From NCBI RefSeq assembly GCF_022045235.1, contig NW_027266267.1, forward strand, positions 29,698,001 through 29,762,000: a DNA stretch of 64,000 nucleotides, written 5' to 3'. The stretch comes from Haliotis cracherodii. Lineage: Eukaryota. The notes under the pieces are model-generated. The model made no database searches and was not told the DNA's origin. It saw only the letters and a list, made by a program, of their open reading frames with translations. Of the stretch, positions 43,901-53,544 are shown in pieces; position 1 is the stretch's first letter, and each line of letters starts with the position of its first letter. The position numbers and the translations under genes are program-made.

Positions 43901-46900
43901 CTCTAGAACAGTGATGGTTTGTTGTACACTGACTGAATCGACTCACTACACTATCTACCGCCTGGCAACCTACCCTAGAACAGTGATGGTTTGTTGTACA
44001 CTGACTGAATCGACACACTACACTATCTACCTCCTGGCAACCTACTCTAGAACAGTGATGGTTTGTTGTACACTGACTGAATCGACTCACTACACTATCT
44101 ACTGCCTGGCAACCTACTCTAGAACAGTGATGGTTTGTTGTACACTGACTGAATCGACTCACTACACTATCTACCGCCTGGCAACCTGCTCTAGAACAGT
44201 GATGGTTTGTTGTACACTGACTGAATCGACTCACTACACTATCTACCTCCTGGCAACCTACTCTAGAACAGTGATGGTTTGTTGTACACTGACTGAATCG
44301 ACACACTACACTATCTACCTCCTGGCAACCTGCTCTAGAACAGTGATGGTTTGTTGTACACTGACTGAATCGACACACTACACTATCTACCGCCTGGCAA
44401 CCTACTCTAGAACAGTGATGGTTTGTTGTACACTGACTGAATCGACACACTACACTATCTACCTCCTGGCAACCTACTCTAGAACAGTGATGGTTTGTTG
44501 TACACTGACTGAATCGACACACTACACTATTTACCTCCTGGCAACCTACTCTAGAACAGTGATGGTTTGTTGTACACTGACTGAATCGACACACTACACT
44601 ATCTACCTCCTGGCAACCTACTCTAGAACAGTGATGGTTTGTTGTACACTGCTATGCGCTGACTCTGTTGTCTCCTGTAGGAAGGTGGTGGTGTCATGGT
44701 GGGGACACACAGCGGCAGTGATGGAGGAAAAGAATCAGCTGGCAGATGAGATGAACAGCTTCCTTGCTGTCAAGCGATGCTTCACTCGATGGAAAATGGT
44801 GAGCTTCTTGTTAAGCATCCTCTAGAGAAACACTTGTTCTGTTGTTGAGTGTCTGACAGTACAGCACTGTAACCCCTGTGTCTGTCAGTACAGCACTGTA
44901 ACCCCTGTGTCTGAAAGTACATCACTGTAACCCCTGTGTCTGTCAGTACAGCACTGTAACCCCTGTGTCTGACAGTACAACACTGTTACCCCTTTGTCTG
45001 ACAGTACAACACTGTTACCCATGTGTCTAACAGTACAACACTGTTACTCATGTGTCTAACAGTACAACACTGTTACCTATGTGTCTGACAGTACAGCACT
45101 GTTACCCATGTGTCTGGCAGTACAACACTGTAACCCCTGTGTCTGTCAGTACAGCACTGTAGCCCCTGTGTCTGACAGTACAGCACTGTTACCTATGTGT
45201 CTAACAGTACAACACTGTTACCTATGTGTCTGACAGTACAACACTGTTACCCATGTGTCTGACAGTACAGCACTGTAACCTATGTGTCTGACAGTACAAC
45301 ACTGTTACTCGTGTGTCTGACAGTACAGCACTGTTACCCATGTGTCTCACAGTACAGCACTGTAACCTATGTGTCTGACAGTACAACACTGTTACCCATG
45401 TGTCTGACAGTACAGCACTGTTACCCATGTCTGACAGTACAACACTGTTACCATGTGTCTAACAGTACAACACTGTTACGTATGTATCTGACAGTACAGC
45501 ACTGTTACCCATGTGTCTGACAGTACAACACTGTTTACTATGTGTCTGACAGTACAACACTGTTACCCATGTGTCTGACAGTACAGCACTGTTACCCATG
45601 TGTCTGACAGTACAGCACTGTAACCTATGTGTCTGACAGTACAACACTGTTACCCATGTGTCTGACAGTACAGCACTGTTACCCATGTCTGACAGTACAA
45701 CACTGTTACCATGTGTCTAACAGTACAACACTGTTACGTATGTATCTGACAGTACAGCACTGTTACCCATGTGTCTGACAGTACAACACTGTTTACTATG
45801 TGTCTGACAGTATATCACTGTAACCCCTGTGTCTGACAGTACAACACTGTAACCCCTGTGTCTGACAGTACAACACTGTTACCATGTGTCTAACAGTACA
45901 ACACTGTTACCTATGTGTCTGACAGTACAACACTGTTACCCATGTGTCTGACAACAGTACAGCACTGTTACCCATGTCTGACAGTACAACACTGTTACCT
46001 ATGTGTCTGACAGTACAACACTGTTACCAATGTGTCTGACAGTACAGCACTGTAACCTATGTGTCTGACAGTACAACACTGTTACCCATGTGTCTGACAG
46101 TACAGCACTGTAACCTATGTGTCTGACAGTACAACACTGTTACTCATGTGTCTAACAGTACAACACTGTTACCTATGTGTCTGGCAGTACAGCACTGTTA
46201 CCCATGTGTCTGACAACAGTTCAGCACTGTAACCCCTGTGTCTGAAAGTACATCACTGTAACCCCTGTGTCTGTCAGTACAGCACTGTAACCCCTGTGTC
46301 TGACAGTACAACACTGTTACAATGTGTCTAACAGTACAACACTGTTACCTATGTGTCTGACAACAGTACAGCACTGTTACCCATGTCTGACAGTACAACA
46401 CTGTTACCTATGTGTCTAACAGTACAACACTGTTACCTATGTGTCTGACAACAGTACAGCACTGTTACCCATGTCTGACAGTACAACACTGTTACCTATG
46501 TGTCTGACAGTACAACACTGTCACCCATGTGTCTGACAGTACAGCACTGTAACCTATGTGTCTGACAGTACAACACTGTTACTCATGTGTCTAACAGTAC
46601 AACACTGTTACCTATGTGTCTGACAGTACAGCACTGTTACCCATGTCTCTAACAGTACAACACTGTTACCATGTGTCTAACAGTACAACACTGTTACCTA
46701 TGTGTCTGACAACAGTACAGCACTGTTACCCATGTCTGACAGTACAACACTGTTACCTATGTGTCTAACAGTACAACACTGTTACCTATGTGTCTGACAA
46801 CAGTACAGCACTGTTACCCATGTCTGACAGTACAACACTGTTACCTATGTGTCTAACAGTACAACACTGTTACCTATGTGTCTGACAACAGTACAGCACT

Positions 46901-48158
46901 ATTACCCATGTCTGACAGTACAACACTGTTACCTATGTGTCTAACAGTACAACACTGTTACCTATGTGTCTGACAACAGTACAACACTGTTACCTATGTG
47001 TCTAACAGTACAACACTGTTACCTATGTGTCTAACAGTACAACACTGTTACCTATGTGTCTGACAACAGTACAACACTGTTACCATGTGTCTGACAGTAC
47101 AACACTGTTACCATGTGTTTGACAGTACAACACTGTTACCTATGTGTCTAACAGTACAACACTGTTACCTATGTGTCTGACAACAGTACAACACTGTTAC
47201 CATGTGTCTGACAGTACAACACTGTTACCTATGTGTCTAACAGTACAACACTGTTACCATGTGTTTGACAACAGTACAGCACTGTTACCCATATCTGACA
47301 GTACAACACTGTTACCATGTGTTTGACAACAGTACAGCACTGTTACCCATGTCTGACAGTACAACACTGTTACCATGTGTCTGACAGTACAACACTGTTA
47401 CCATGTGTTTGACAGTACAGCACTGTTACCCATGTCTGACAGTACAACACTGTTACCATGTGTTTGACAGTACAAGCACCGCCTGGTAATAGAGATGGAG
47501 AAGGCCAGGAGGTTCCGGGAGGGGAGGTTGCTGCACACCATCATGGACACCTGGGCTGACTATGCCACGGAGGAGAAGTTTGCCACCTGGGAGAGGGAGC
47601 GAGTAGCTAAAGAACATTACATCTGGTCAGTACCAATCTCAGTTTAGATATTTGCTGTGAGAAAATTATGTTTGTACCACTACCAGGAATAGTCTTTTAT
47701 TACTTAATGAACATATAACATACCTTTCAGGGTTAGAAACTAACAGTTTTCGTCCACTAGTCCTTATAATGATAACATATAGCAAAACCCTTAAAATGGG
47801 CCAATTTCTACTAGTCCTTTGGATACCTTTACTGGGCAGTTTGGTAAGGACTACAGGACTAGTGCCAATTTCTAACGCTGCCTTTTGTAATCTAAAGTTA
47901 ATCATGGTGAATCTCTATAGAAACATACAAGTGAAATTTATCACAAATATAGGCCTTGTGTGTGAGTATTCTGATACATTTTGTGCTTGTCACCACAGGA
48001 ACCTGAAGAAAAGAATGTTTAAGGTGTGGACCAGTCTGCCGGAGGAGCGTCGGAAGGAAGTAGAGAGAGAGAAGAGAAGAAATGAGATGAGGAAGAAAGT
48101 GGCTCATCTTCTTCCTGACTTTGAGGGTCTGTTGAAGGCAAGCAGTGAGCTCCAGTGA
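10837..48158 (+). CDS. CCDC191: Coiled-coil domain-containing protein 191, complete 18-exon gene (~1000 aa)
   Basis: Hand-spliced GT-AG exons with consistent phases: 10837-10905, 11192-11230, 12716-12851, 16263-16454, 20545-20720, 27214-27318, 28346-28464, 28808-28982, 29840-30030, 31339-31615, 31907-32544, 35665-35753, 38749-38831, 43261-43362, 43668-43846, 44681-44798, 47471-47625, 47999-48158 (3003 nt). Motifs GLYKWKR, DWIK|KVEQAS, EAQDLLSNW, DPRIKMELRHKQ|VKENR, CLQRHFSAW and the C-terminal RKKVAHLLPDF match CCDC191 as I recall it. Confidence 0.92.
11192..11230 (+). CDS. CCDC191: CCDC191 exon 2 (NCKTQDDIQDWIK)
   Basis: ttctttttcag| 39 nt |gtaagg, phase 0-0. Confidence 0.85.
12519..12683 (+). 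mobile_element. tRNA-derived SINE, degenerate
   Basis: Homologous to 54790-54928 (GAAGACCC...CACATGGGTACA..TGTGA); (CACT)n tail. Confidence 0.6.
12716..12851 (+). CDS. CCDC191: CCDC191 exon 3 (KVEQASDKATEAVF...HDSALSE)
   Basis: catttag| ... GAAG|gtgggg, phase 0-1. Confidence 0.9.
13444..13786. repeat. 171-bp near-perfect tandem duplication
   Basis: Copies start at 13444 and 13615. Confidence 0.92.
14091..15826. mobile_element. Non-autonomous DNA transposon, Kolobok-like (TTAA TSD, AG termini)
   Basis: ~75-bp TIRs AGGGGCACTGATCTAACGCAATTCCCC... / ...GGGGAATTGCGTTAGATCAGTGCCCCT; TTAA at 14087-14090 and 15827-15830; no transposase ORF. Confidence 0.85.
16263..16454 (+). CDS. CCDC191: CCDC191 exon 4 (AQDLLSNWMQEKL...)
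   Basis: tgtttttag| ... AGAG|gtacag, phase 1-1. Confidence 0.9.
16992..19758 (+). mobile_element. DIRS-type retrotransposon A, internally deleted (no gag/RT), in CCDC191 intron 4
   Basis: Inverted terminal repeats at about 16992-17170 and 19550-19723, plus a right extension; internal complementary region at 19410-19497. Broken RNase H (HINYLEYEAV), methyltransferase-like (NAYA) and tyrosine recombinase (LYDDKW, LCPVRAL, PHEVR, WKSATVFANH) frames. Confidence 0.9.
20545..20720 (+). CDS. CCDC191: CCDC191 exon 5 (DPYSTL...DPRIKMELRHKQ)
   Basis: ggttatag| ... AAACAG|gtgtgg, phase 1-0. Confidence 0.9.
20868..22245. repeat. 51-bp minisatellite (~27 copies)
   Basis: Unit ACCATCACTGCCCACAACAATACCTGCAGCCACATAACAATATAACCTCTA. 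Confidence 0.97.
22520..27010 (+). mobile_element. DIRS-type retrotransposon B, degenerate, in CCDC191 intron 5
   Basis: ITRs at about 22520-22637 and 26850-26973. Gag-like Cys cluster (CSNC..DPHPCCLDC), RT (DIQDAYLHVPIHP, LPFG), RNase H (HIPGCKNVLADALSR), MT (IDLFAT, MYAFPP) and a truncated YR; many frameshifts. Confidence 0.9.
27214..27318 (+). CDS. CCDC191: CCDC191 exon 6 (VKENREKRE...KQMVIQ)
   Basis: ttgtcag| ... ATACAG|gtgggt, phase 0-0. Confidence 0.9.
27299..28255. repeat. 30-bp repeat of the exon-6 end and donor (~6 copies), grading into a derived 33-bp repeat (~22 copies)
   Basis: AAGCAGATGGTTATACAG|GTGGGTGGAGCY, then AGACAGATGATGATACAGGSAGTGGGWGGAGCT. Confidence 0.95.
28346..28464 (+). 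CDS. CCDC191: CCDC191 exon 7 (EERDRDLK...)
   Basis: tgttgtgcag| ... GACAG|gtcacc, phase 0-2. Confidence 0.88.
28808..28982 (+). CDS. CCDC191: CCDC191 exon 8 (ERRAREELAQE...SKSLK)
   Basis: tctgctgcag| ... AAG|gtaaca, phase 2-0. Confidence 0.88.
29840..30030 (+). CDS. CCDC191: CCDC191 exon 9 (CLQRHFSAWYKVVLDRR...)
   Basis: ttttcccag| ... CATAG|gtatgc, phase 0-2. Confidence 0.92.
30143..31312. repeat. 36-bp minisatellite (~32 copies) filling CCDC191 intron 9
   Basis: Unit CCATGAGTTGACTGTACAGTAGAGATRTAGGTASCT. Confidence 0.97.
31339..31615 (+). CDS. CCDC191: CCDC191 exon 10 (KQQLAEQHH...VEDL)
   Basis: gtttccag| ... CTG|gtttgt, phase 2-0. Confidence 0.88.
31907..32544 (+). CDS. CCDC191: CCDC191 exon 11 (EDFFKQ...PTQAWQVTRRHVNLT...AVTAR)
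   Basis: tgttgacag| 638 nt open |gtaggc, phase 0-2. Confidence 0.9.
32868..33502. mobile_element. MITE with internal ~61-bp tandem repeats (x4)
   Basis: Imperfect TIR CAG(A/T)GGAATCTGT; repeats at about 32962-33210. Confidence 0.55.
33959..34189 (+). mobile_element. SINE-like interspersed repeat (same family as 4447-4711)
   Basis: Shared sequence with 4447-4711 in the opposite orientation. Confidence 0.75.
34998..35356. repeat. 39-bp minisatellite (~9 copies)
   Basis: Unit ACACTTGCAGTGTTTGATGTGTGAGGAAAGGTTCTAGAT. Confidence 0.97.
35665..35753 (+). CDS. CCDC191: CCDC191 exon 12 (TGVSSLPTDR...YLQVLK)
   Basis: tctgtgtag| ... AAAA|gtaggt, phase 2-1, bridges exons 11 and 13. Confidence 0.8.
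35860..37730 (+). mobile_element. DIRS family-B truncated copy C (left ITR plus decayed gag-like region), in CCDC191 intron 12
   Basis: 35868-36070 is near-identical to 22520-22725; followed by a C-rich decayed coding-like stretch. The right boundary is approximate. Confidence 0.75.
38749..38831 (+). CDS. CCDC191: CCDC191 exon 13 (NMEDRAEERKRL...)
   Basis: tgttgtag| ... CTG|gtgagc, phase 1-0. Confidence 0.88.
39285..43269. repeat. 29-bp satellite (~135 copies, higher-order structure) duplicating the exon-14 acceptor
   Basis: Unit GTGTTGTACATGTTGCTGTAG|GTGCTGCT or ...TAG|GTATTAGT. Confidence 0.97.
43261..43362 (+). CDS. CCDC191: CCDC191 exon 14 (VLLEAQEEEMKK...RLEKQ)
   Basis: gttgttgtag| ... 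CAG|gtagca, phase 0-0. Confidence 0.88.
43668..43846 (+). CDS. CCDC191: CCDC191 exon 15 (REVEKQ...YRGIRPL...HLMR)
   Basis: ttccggccag| ... ATGAG|gtttgt, phase 0-2. Confidence 0.88.
43843..44650. repeat. 72-bp minisatellite (~11 copies) filling CCDC191 intron 15
   Basis: 24-aa periodicity in the ORF track; the unit includes ATG GTTTGT, homologous to the real donor ATGAG|GTTTGT. Confidence 0.95.
44681..44798 (+). CDS. CCDC191: CCDC191 exon 16 (KVVVSWW...CFTRWKM)
   Basis: tctcctgtag| ... ATG|gtgagc, phase 2-0. Confidence 0.88.
44850..47478. repeat. ~29-bp satellite (~90 copies) duplicating the exon-17 acceptor
   Basis: Unit CTGTTACCCATGTGTCTGACAG|TACARCA; the exon begins TACAAGCAC. Confidence 0.97.
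47471..47625 (+). CDS. CCDC191: CCDC191 exon 17 (YKHRLVIEMEKA...EHYIW)
   Basis: tgtttgacag| ... ATCTG|gtcagt, phase 0-2. Confidence 0.88.
47728..47880. mobile_element. Small hAT-like MITE (related remnant at about 49784-49927)
   Basis: CAGGGTTAGAAA...TTTCTAACGCTG termini with internal ACTAGTCC motifs; no clear TSD. Confidence 0.45.
47999..48158 (+). CDS. CCDC191: CCDC191 last exon (NLKKRMFKVW...LLPDFEGLLKASSELQ*)
   Basis: caccacag| ... TGA at 48156-48158. Confidence 0.9.
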
Positions 48159-48689
48159 TGTGGCCACAGATGTTTCTCTCCTGCAGACAGTGGAGGCAGT
48201 GTGCTGACCTCGAGGGTCTGTTGAAGGCAAGCAGTGAGCTCCAGTGATGTGGCCACAGATGTTTCTCTTCTGCAGACAGTGGAGGACAGTGTGGACACTA
48301 TGCTTCCTTTATAAGTGCGGAATATATCGTGATTTTCCTATTTTTACATATTTTAGACTTTTTTTAATTGTATATTTTTGGTGTTTATTCATTGTTATCC
48401 ATGTTTGCTTCTTTAGGAAAAGTCCCACTGCACCATTGATACTGAGTCTGGATGTAACAGTATTGAGCAGTGGGTCAGACAAGTTTCCTCAGGAGACTCG
48501 TGTCATGCTGTGGTAAAACTGGTCTGAAGGAAGATCAGCTTATGAATAGACTCACTTGAAATCTGTGAAAGGAAATGGTTTTCAAAAGTGGATAAAATCA
48601 TGAAAATAATCTATTACCCTTTGTTGTCTCTTTCAAATGCACTGTTTCTTTAATATTTTGGATGTACTGTATACATATATGCGTCACCT

Positions 48690-49414
48690 CCTTGTAACAG
48701 TCACTGCCTTGTAACCTCCCTACTACTGGCAGTCACTGCCTTGTAACCTCCCTACTACTGGCAGTCACAGCCTTGTAACCTCCCTACTACTGGCAGTCAC
48801 TGCCTTGTAACCTCCCTACTACTGTCAGTCACTGCCTTGTAACCTCCCTACTACTGGCAGTCACAGCCTTGTAACCTCCCTACTACTGTCAGTCACTGCC
48901 TTGTAACCTCCCTACTACTGTCAGTCACTGCCTTGTAACCTCCCTACTACTGGCAGTCACAGCCTTGTAACTCCCTACTACTGTCAGTCACTGCCTTGTA
49001 ACCTCCCTACTACTGTCAGTCACTGCCTTGTAACCCCCCTACTACTGGCAGTCACAGCCTTGTAACCTCCCTACTACTGTCAGTCACTGCCTTGTAACCT
49101 CCCTACTACTGGCAGTCACTGCCTTGTAACCTCCCTACTACTGGCAGTCACTGCCTTGCAACCTCCCTACTACTGTCAGTCACTGCCTTGTAACCCCCCT
49201 ACTACTGTCAGTCACTGCCTTGTAACCTCCCTACTACTGGCAGTCACTGCCTTGCAACCTCCCTACTACTGGCAGTCACTGCCTTGTAACCTCCCTACTA
49301 CTGGCAGTCACTGCCTTGTAACCTCCCTACTACTGTCAGTCACTGCCTTGCAACCTCCCTACTACTGGCAGTCACAGCCTTGTAACCTCCCTACTACTGG
49401 CAGTCACTGCCTTG
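48690..49414. repeat. 32-bp minisatellite (~22 copies) downstream of the CCDC191 stop
   Basis: Unit CAGTCACTGCCTTGTAACCTCCCTACTACTGG. Confidence 0.97.
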
Positions 49415-51978
49415 TTTATTGTTTGTTTGTCCTAAACCAGTTATGTTCTGGTTTGAGGGCAATAATTTCAACGAATATTGATGATTTTCAGCCAAATTTG
49501 CAATCGAGGTCACAAAAGACAAGTCTAATTTCCTAACCAACCAAATCAGTCACTATTTAGTAGGTTCAATGACCAATGCAGATGGCTGGGTACTGGTTCT
49601 CTGAAGAGTATTCATGTTGGTGGAATTTGTCAAAATTAGACATTTAAATAATCTTCATGAAATGTATATCTGTCAAAGGATGTCTGATGGTATGTTTTGC
49701 AATAGTTTACATTTACTGTTTACCACAAGTGGTTTAATAAGTTGAAATTCAAAACATTCTAATGTCAGTGTTGTGATGAGCTACATGGTTAGAACTAAAC
49801 TCAAAAGCCTCACTAGCCCGGGTAAAGATGAAATGCCCTTGTCATGTTAAAACAATGGGGAAATTTGTACTAGCCCACAGGAATTTGTACTAGCCCTGGG
49901 CTAGCAGGCTAGTGTCAAGTACCCTGAGCTAACAATCCATCCATCTCTTTTAAGAGTTATTTTACAGAAAATTAAAACACATTTTGAGGATACTGTCAGT
50001 ATGTGCTTGTTTACCTGCATGTTGTGTTACTGTGTATACAGGGGGCTACCTCCAGGCAGCTGGATCAAAGCTGCTTTATATGTATCACTGCATGTCACAT
50101 CAATGTGAGTGTGGAGGAAAGTGGCACAGGTTCACTTCATTGCTGAAACCCACGATCACAGACACATGCCGGCAAACGATCACGATTTCTTTTTGCATGA
50201 AGATCTGACGACACCTCCAAAGGTCATGACAGGTGAATGTCCTATGCAGTGTAGAAGCTTAGAAATTCTTGGTACGAGTAAGCGAACCATTCAGACAAGC
50301 ATATCTGATTTCTGTATCTTGAAAACAAATATGATCGTGAACTTCTGACTGGCATAAAGAAAGCTATGCCACTCCATTGTGGATATGTTTCTGATTGGCA
50401 TAGCATCTACACCTAAAGAAGTATGATCGAAGGAATATTTGTGTTCTGTGTGGGTTTACATTTGTAACAATCTTAATTTCTGAATTAAGGTGGAAAAGAA
50501 ATGAAGTCAATTTGGTTTAGAAAGCTGACATCTGATTGAAGAACCCACACATCTTTCATTGAGATTAAGCAGTCCAGTTCATTTGGCACGACCTTCTATG
50601 GATGTGACCTCATATGTTTCATATCTCACAAGTTTAAATGTGACGTTTTCCTCCTACCTTATCCTTTGTTTCAAGTGTTAGTCATTGGAGCATTTTGACA
50701 TAAGGTCTTCTGTGTTCTGTTCAACAATGTAACTCATTCCAAAACAAATTAAATAGCAACATAAACAGTAAAACATTTATTAACAACTTGAACATGGCAA
50801 TGACAATTTGGCACTTTTGCTTTGACCATGACACATTGGTAATGAGGAATCAATTGGTAAATAGGGCCTTGTTTCCTGCAGCAATGAGGCCAGCATTGAT
50901 GAAAATAATCACGGGTCCAGTTTGTATCTTTCTTGGGGTTAAAACAGTGGTAGATAATCATGATAACAGCACATATGCCACCTCAAAATCTCTATGTAAA
51001 ATGTTTGATACAAACATCTGCAACTAACATTTGACGTCTCTGTTTGTAAACATGGTGAAGGAGCGACCACACCTTAGATGTACACTTATACTTTTCACAA
51101 GCTTCATTCAATATAGCTATTTTATTCAACTTTTTGGCATGTTAAGATTTTTCCACCATTGTGGTCTACCTAAGGCTAAGGAAAAGTATGACCTGAAAAA
51201 AATAAATAACTGGCAGCGAATTATTACTACTGATATTCAGACAATTTATACATGCCACACTTCAAACTTGTGAACATTAGGGTGGTTTCTAGTCTGTCTC
51301 ACACTCCCTGAATCCTATTATGTCCCTTCTGCCCAGACCTTACTCTAATGCAATAGAACTAAATGAAGCAAGTCTTGGTCTTGGTTTTGCAAGCATGTGT
51401 TGATTTCTCATAAATAGGCACTCTTCATATGAATCATGTTATCCTGATTATTACATCTTACATGAATACTGAATGATTATCTCCACAATTACTGGGTGAA
51501 AGACACATGGTAATATTGATACACCTAAGGATTTACAACAAATACAAGCAACATGATAACTTCATTACACAATACAAAACTGATTGATGTATAAATCACA
51601 TATCACATGGTGATCCACAATCATGATTATGATAAATCATGAAAGCATTTCTCAGTGTACAAGAAAGGAGAATAATAATAACAATATATTATTTAGAGAA
51701 AAAGACAAATTGAAAAAGCATGAATAACTTACTAGCTTAAGCACTGTTGAGGAAATCATATTCAACATGAAAATGATGAAAAGGGCTGAACGTTGACAAA
51801 ATAAATAATAAATTGATAAATGTGAGTTTTTAATAGGAAATATTTGATAAATTATAACTATTGACAGCATTAAATGTATCATATGTGAGAAAAATCAAGA
51901 AATTGAATCTTTATGAAATGTTAAACACAATGAACAAAACAAACTATTTTCAAAAAGAACACATGGTGACAGGATACC

Positions 51979-53205
51979 TCAACAGTCTTTCCCAGTTAGA
52001 TCCACATAGGCACTAACTCCTGACAGTGCCGGGGGTTCATAATCACAGTTACACTTTCCGAGGTTGGGTGTGATCCTGTCATAATGATTGCCGTGAGTGT
52101 GACACAGGGTGATGAAACATGGATGGTAGGATGTGTCTCTGGTGTAGGTGAATCGGGGCTTGAACAGCATCCAGTTGTAAGCATCACCAGAATGATCCGG
52201 AGACAAGACATAAATGTCTCGCTGAAGGAGTGTAGCTGCAGCATATATTTCAGCTGATGAAGCCCAAGTTGATGTCTTTCTCATTTCATTAATATGATCA
52301 AGCATCTGTGTGCCTGCATCCAGAAATTGTTCGAACTCTCGAGGAAACTTTTCCACCAAGTCCACCACAGCTTGACGCACATCTTCATGGAATTCTTCGG
52401 AGTCATAAATTTCTTTGCTAAGAGCTCGGAAAAAGCAGTTGCCATCCCCACGAATGTAATCAATCTGACGTCCGTCTGATGCAAGTTGGGACTTAAGGTA
52501 CCGATACACTGGGTAGCTTGGTGTCGGAGTTACCCTGTTAATTGAATCTTGCTTTCCTTGGGGTTCTGTATGTTTTGTCAGAACGCTGTCACTATGGGAA
52601 GATGCTGGACTTGATTCAGCAAAGAAGGTTCTATTATAACTCTCAGTTATATACACATCTGATGCTGAATCGCATGCCAAGTCCTCATACATACACAAAT
52701 CAATCAATTCATCTGACAGACGTGAATCTGATGGATCAGGCTGCTGGGAGGTGCCTTGAATGGCGTCTGAAAATCTATTTCTCGCTGATGATTGAGCGCC
52801 TTGAGAAACTGAAAAAGTTGATTCAGAATTGTCTTGACTAGATTTGCTTTTTCCATGGCTGGTGCTTTGGCTTGGAGAACTGGCTTGAGCTCTTCGACGG
52901 TTCCGTGACCGACTATTTACTCCATTATTATTGGTGTTTTGACTAGGAATATCGTGGTAATCCTCAGTCAGATCTATCAGTGGTTGTGGGCTGTATGGCG
53001 CGTCTCTCCCCTCAACCTGTATGGGAATAACAAACTCTCGAGACCTGCCACGCCTTCTGGTGACCTCTGGAGATCCAGTAGCAGGAATTCTTTCAGGGAA
53101 AAATCCACTTCCGTGTTCACTCAGTACATGGTGATGATGAGGTTCAACACGAAACATGTCACTGAACGGAATATCCTTAAAAACAGAACAGTCATGAATC
53201 TTCAT
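51979..53205 (-). CDS. Intronless OTU-domain deubiquitinase (OTUD-like cysteine protease), 408 aa
   Basis: First ATG at 53205 (the track starts at a TTG). OTU motifs IRGDGNCFFRALS, WASSAEIYAAA and HTHGNHYD; disordered Ser-rich N-terminal half. Confidence 0.9.
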   Translation of the reverse strand: MKIHDCSVFKDIPFSDMFRVEPHHHHVLSEHGSGFFPERIPATGSPEVTRRRGRSREFVIPIQVEGRDAPYSPQPLIDLTEDYHDIPSQNTNNNGVNSRSRNRRRAQASSPSQSTSHGKSKSSQDNSESTFSVSQGAQSSARNRFSDAIQGTSQQPDPSDSRLSDELIDLCMYEDLACDSASDVYITESYNRTFFAESSPASSHSDSVLTKHTEPQGKQDSINRVTPTPSYPVYRYLKSQLASDGRQIDYIRGDGNCFFRALSKEIYDSEEFHEDVRQAVVDLVEKFPREFEQFLDAGTQMLDHINEMRKTSTWASSAEIYAAATLLQRDIYVLSPDHSGDAYNWMLFKPRFTYTRDTSYHPCFITLCHTHGNHYDRITPNLGKCNCDYEPPALSGVSAYVDLTGKDC

Positions 53206-53544
53206 TTCTTTGAACAAGACAATAACTTGTCACAATATTTACACTATCTGCTGGTAGTTCTTAGTAATAATAACCTGGCAACACTCACACGAAAGGACAC
53301 TTTTAAAATGGCGACAAGGAGACTGAACAGTCACTGTGAGTTGTGTTGTTTCTATCGGTAGATCCTTGTCCTATCGATCGAATCCGGAAATACTAACAGA
53401 AAGTCTCTCTCTATGAACCCAGGTCTATCCACATCGAGGTTTCACTTCAAACTATGTTCCCCTTCTAACTCCTAAAATATTTAACGTGGGAATATATTCT
53501 TAGTCACTTGTAAACATAGCATGAATAATTCACACAAGTGGTTG

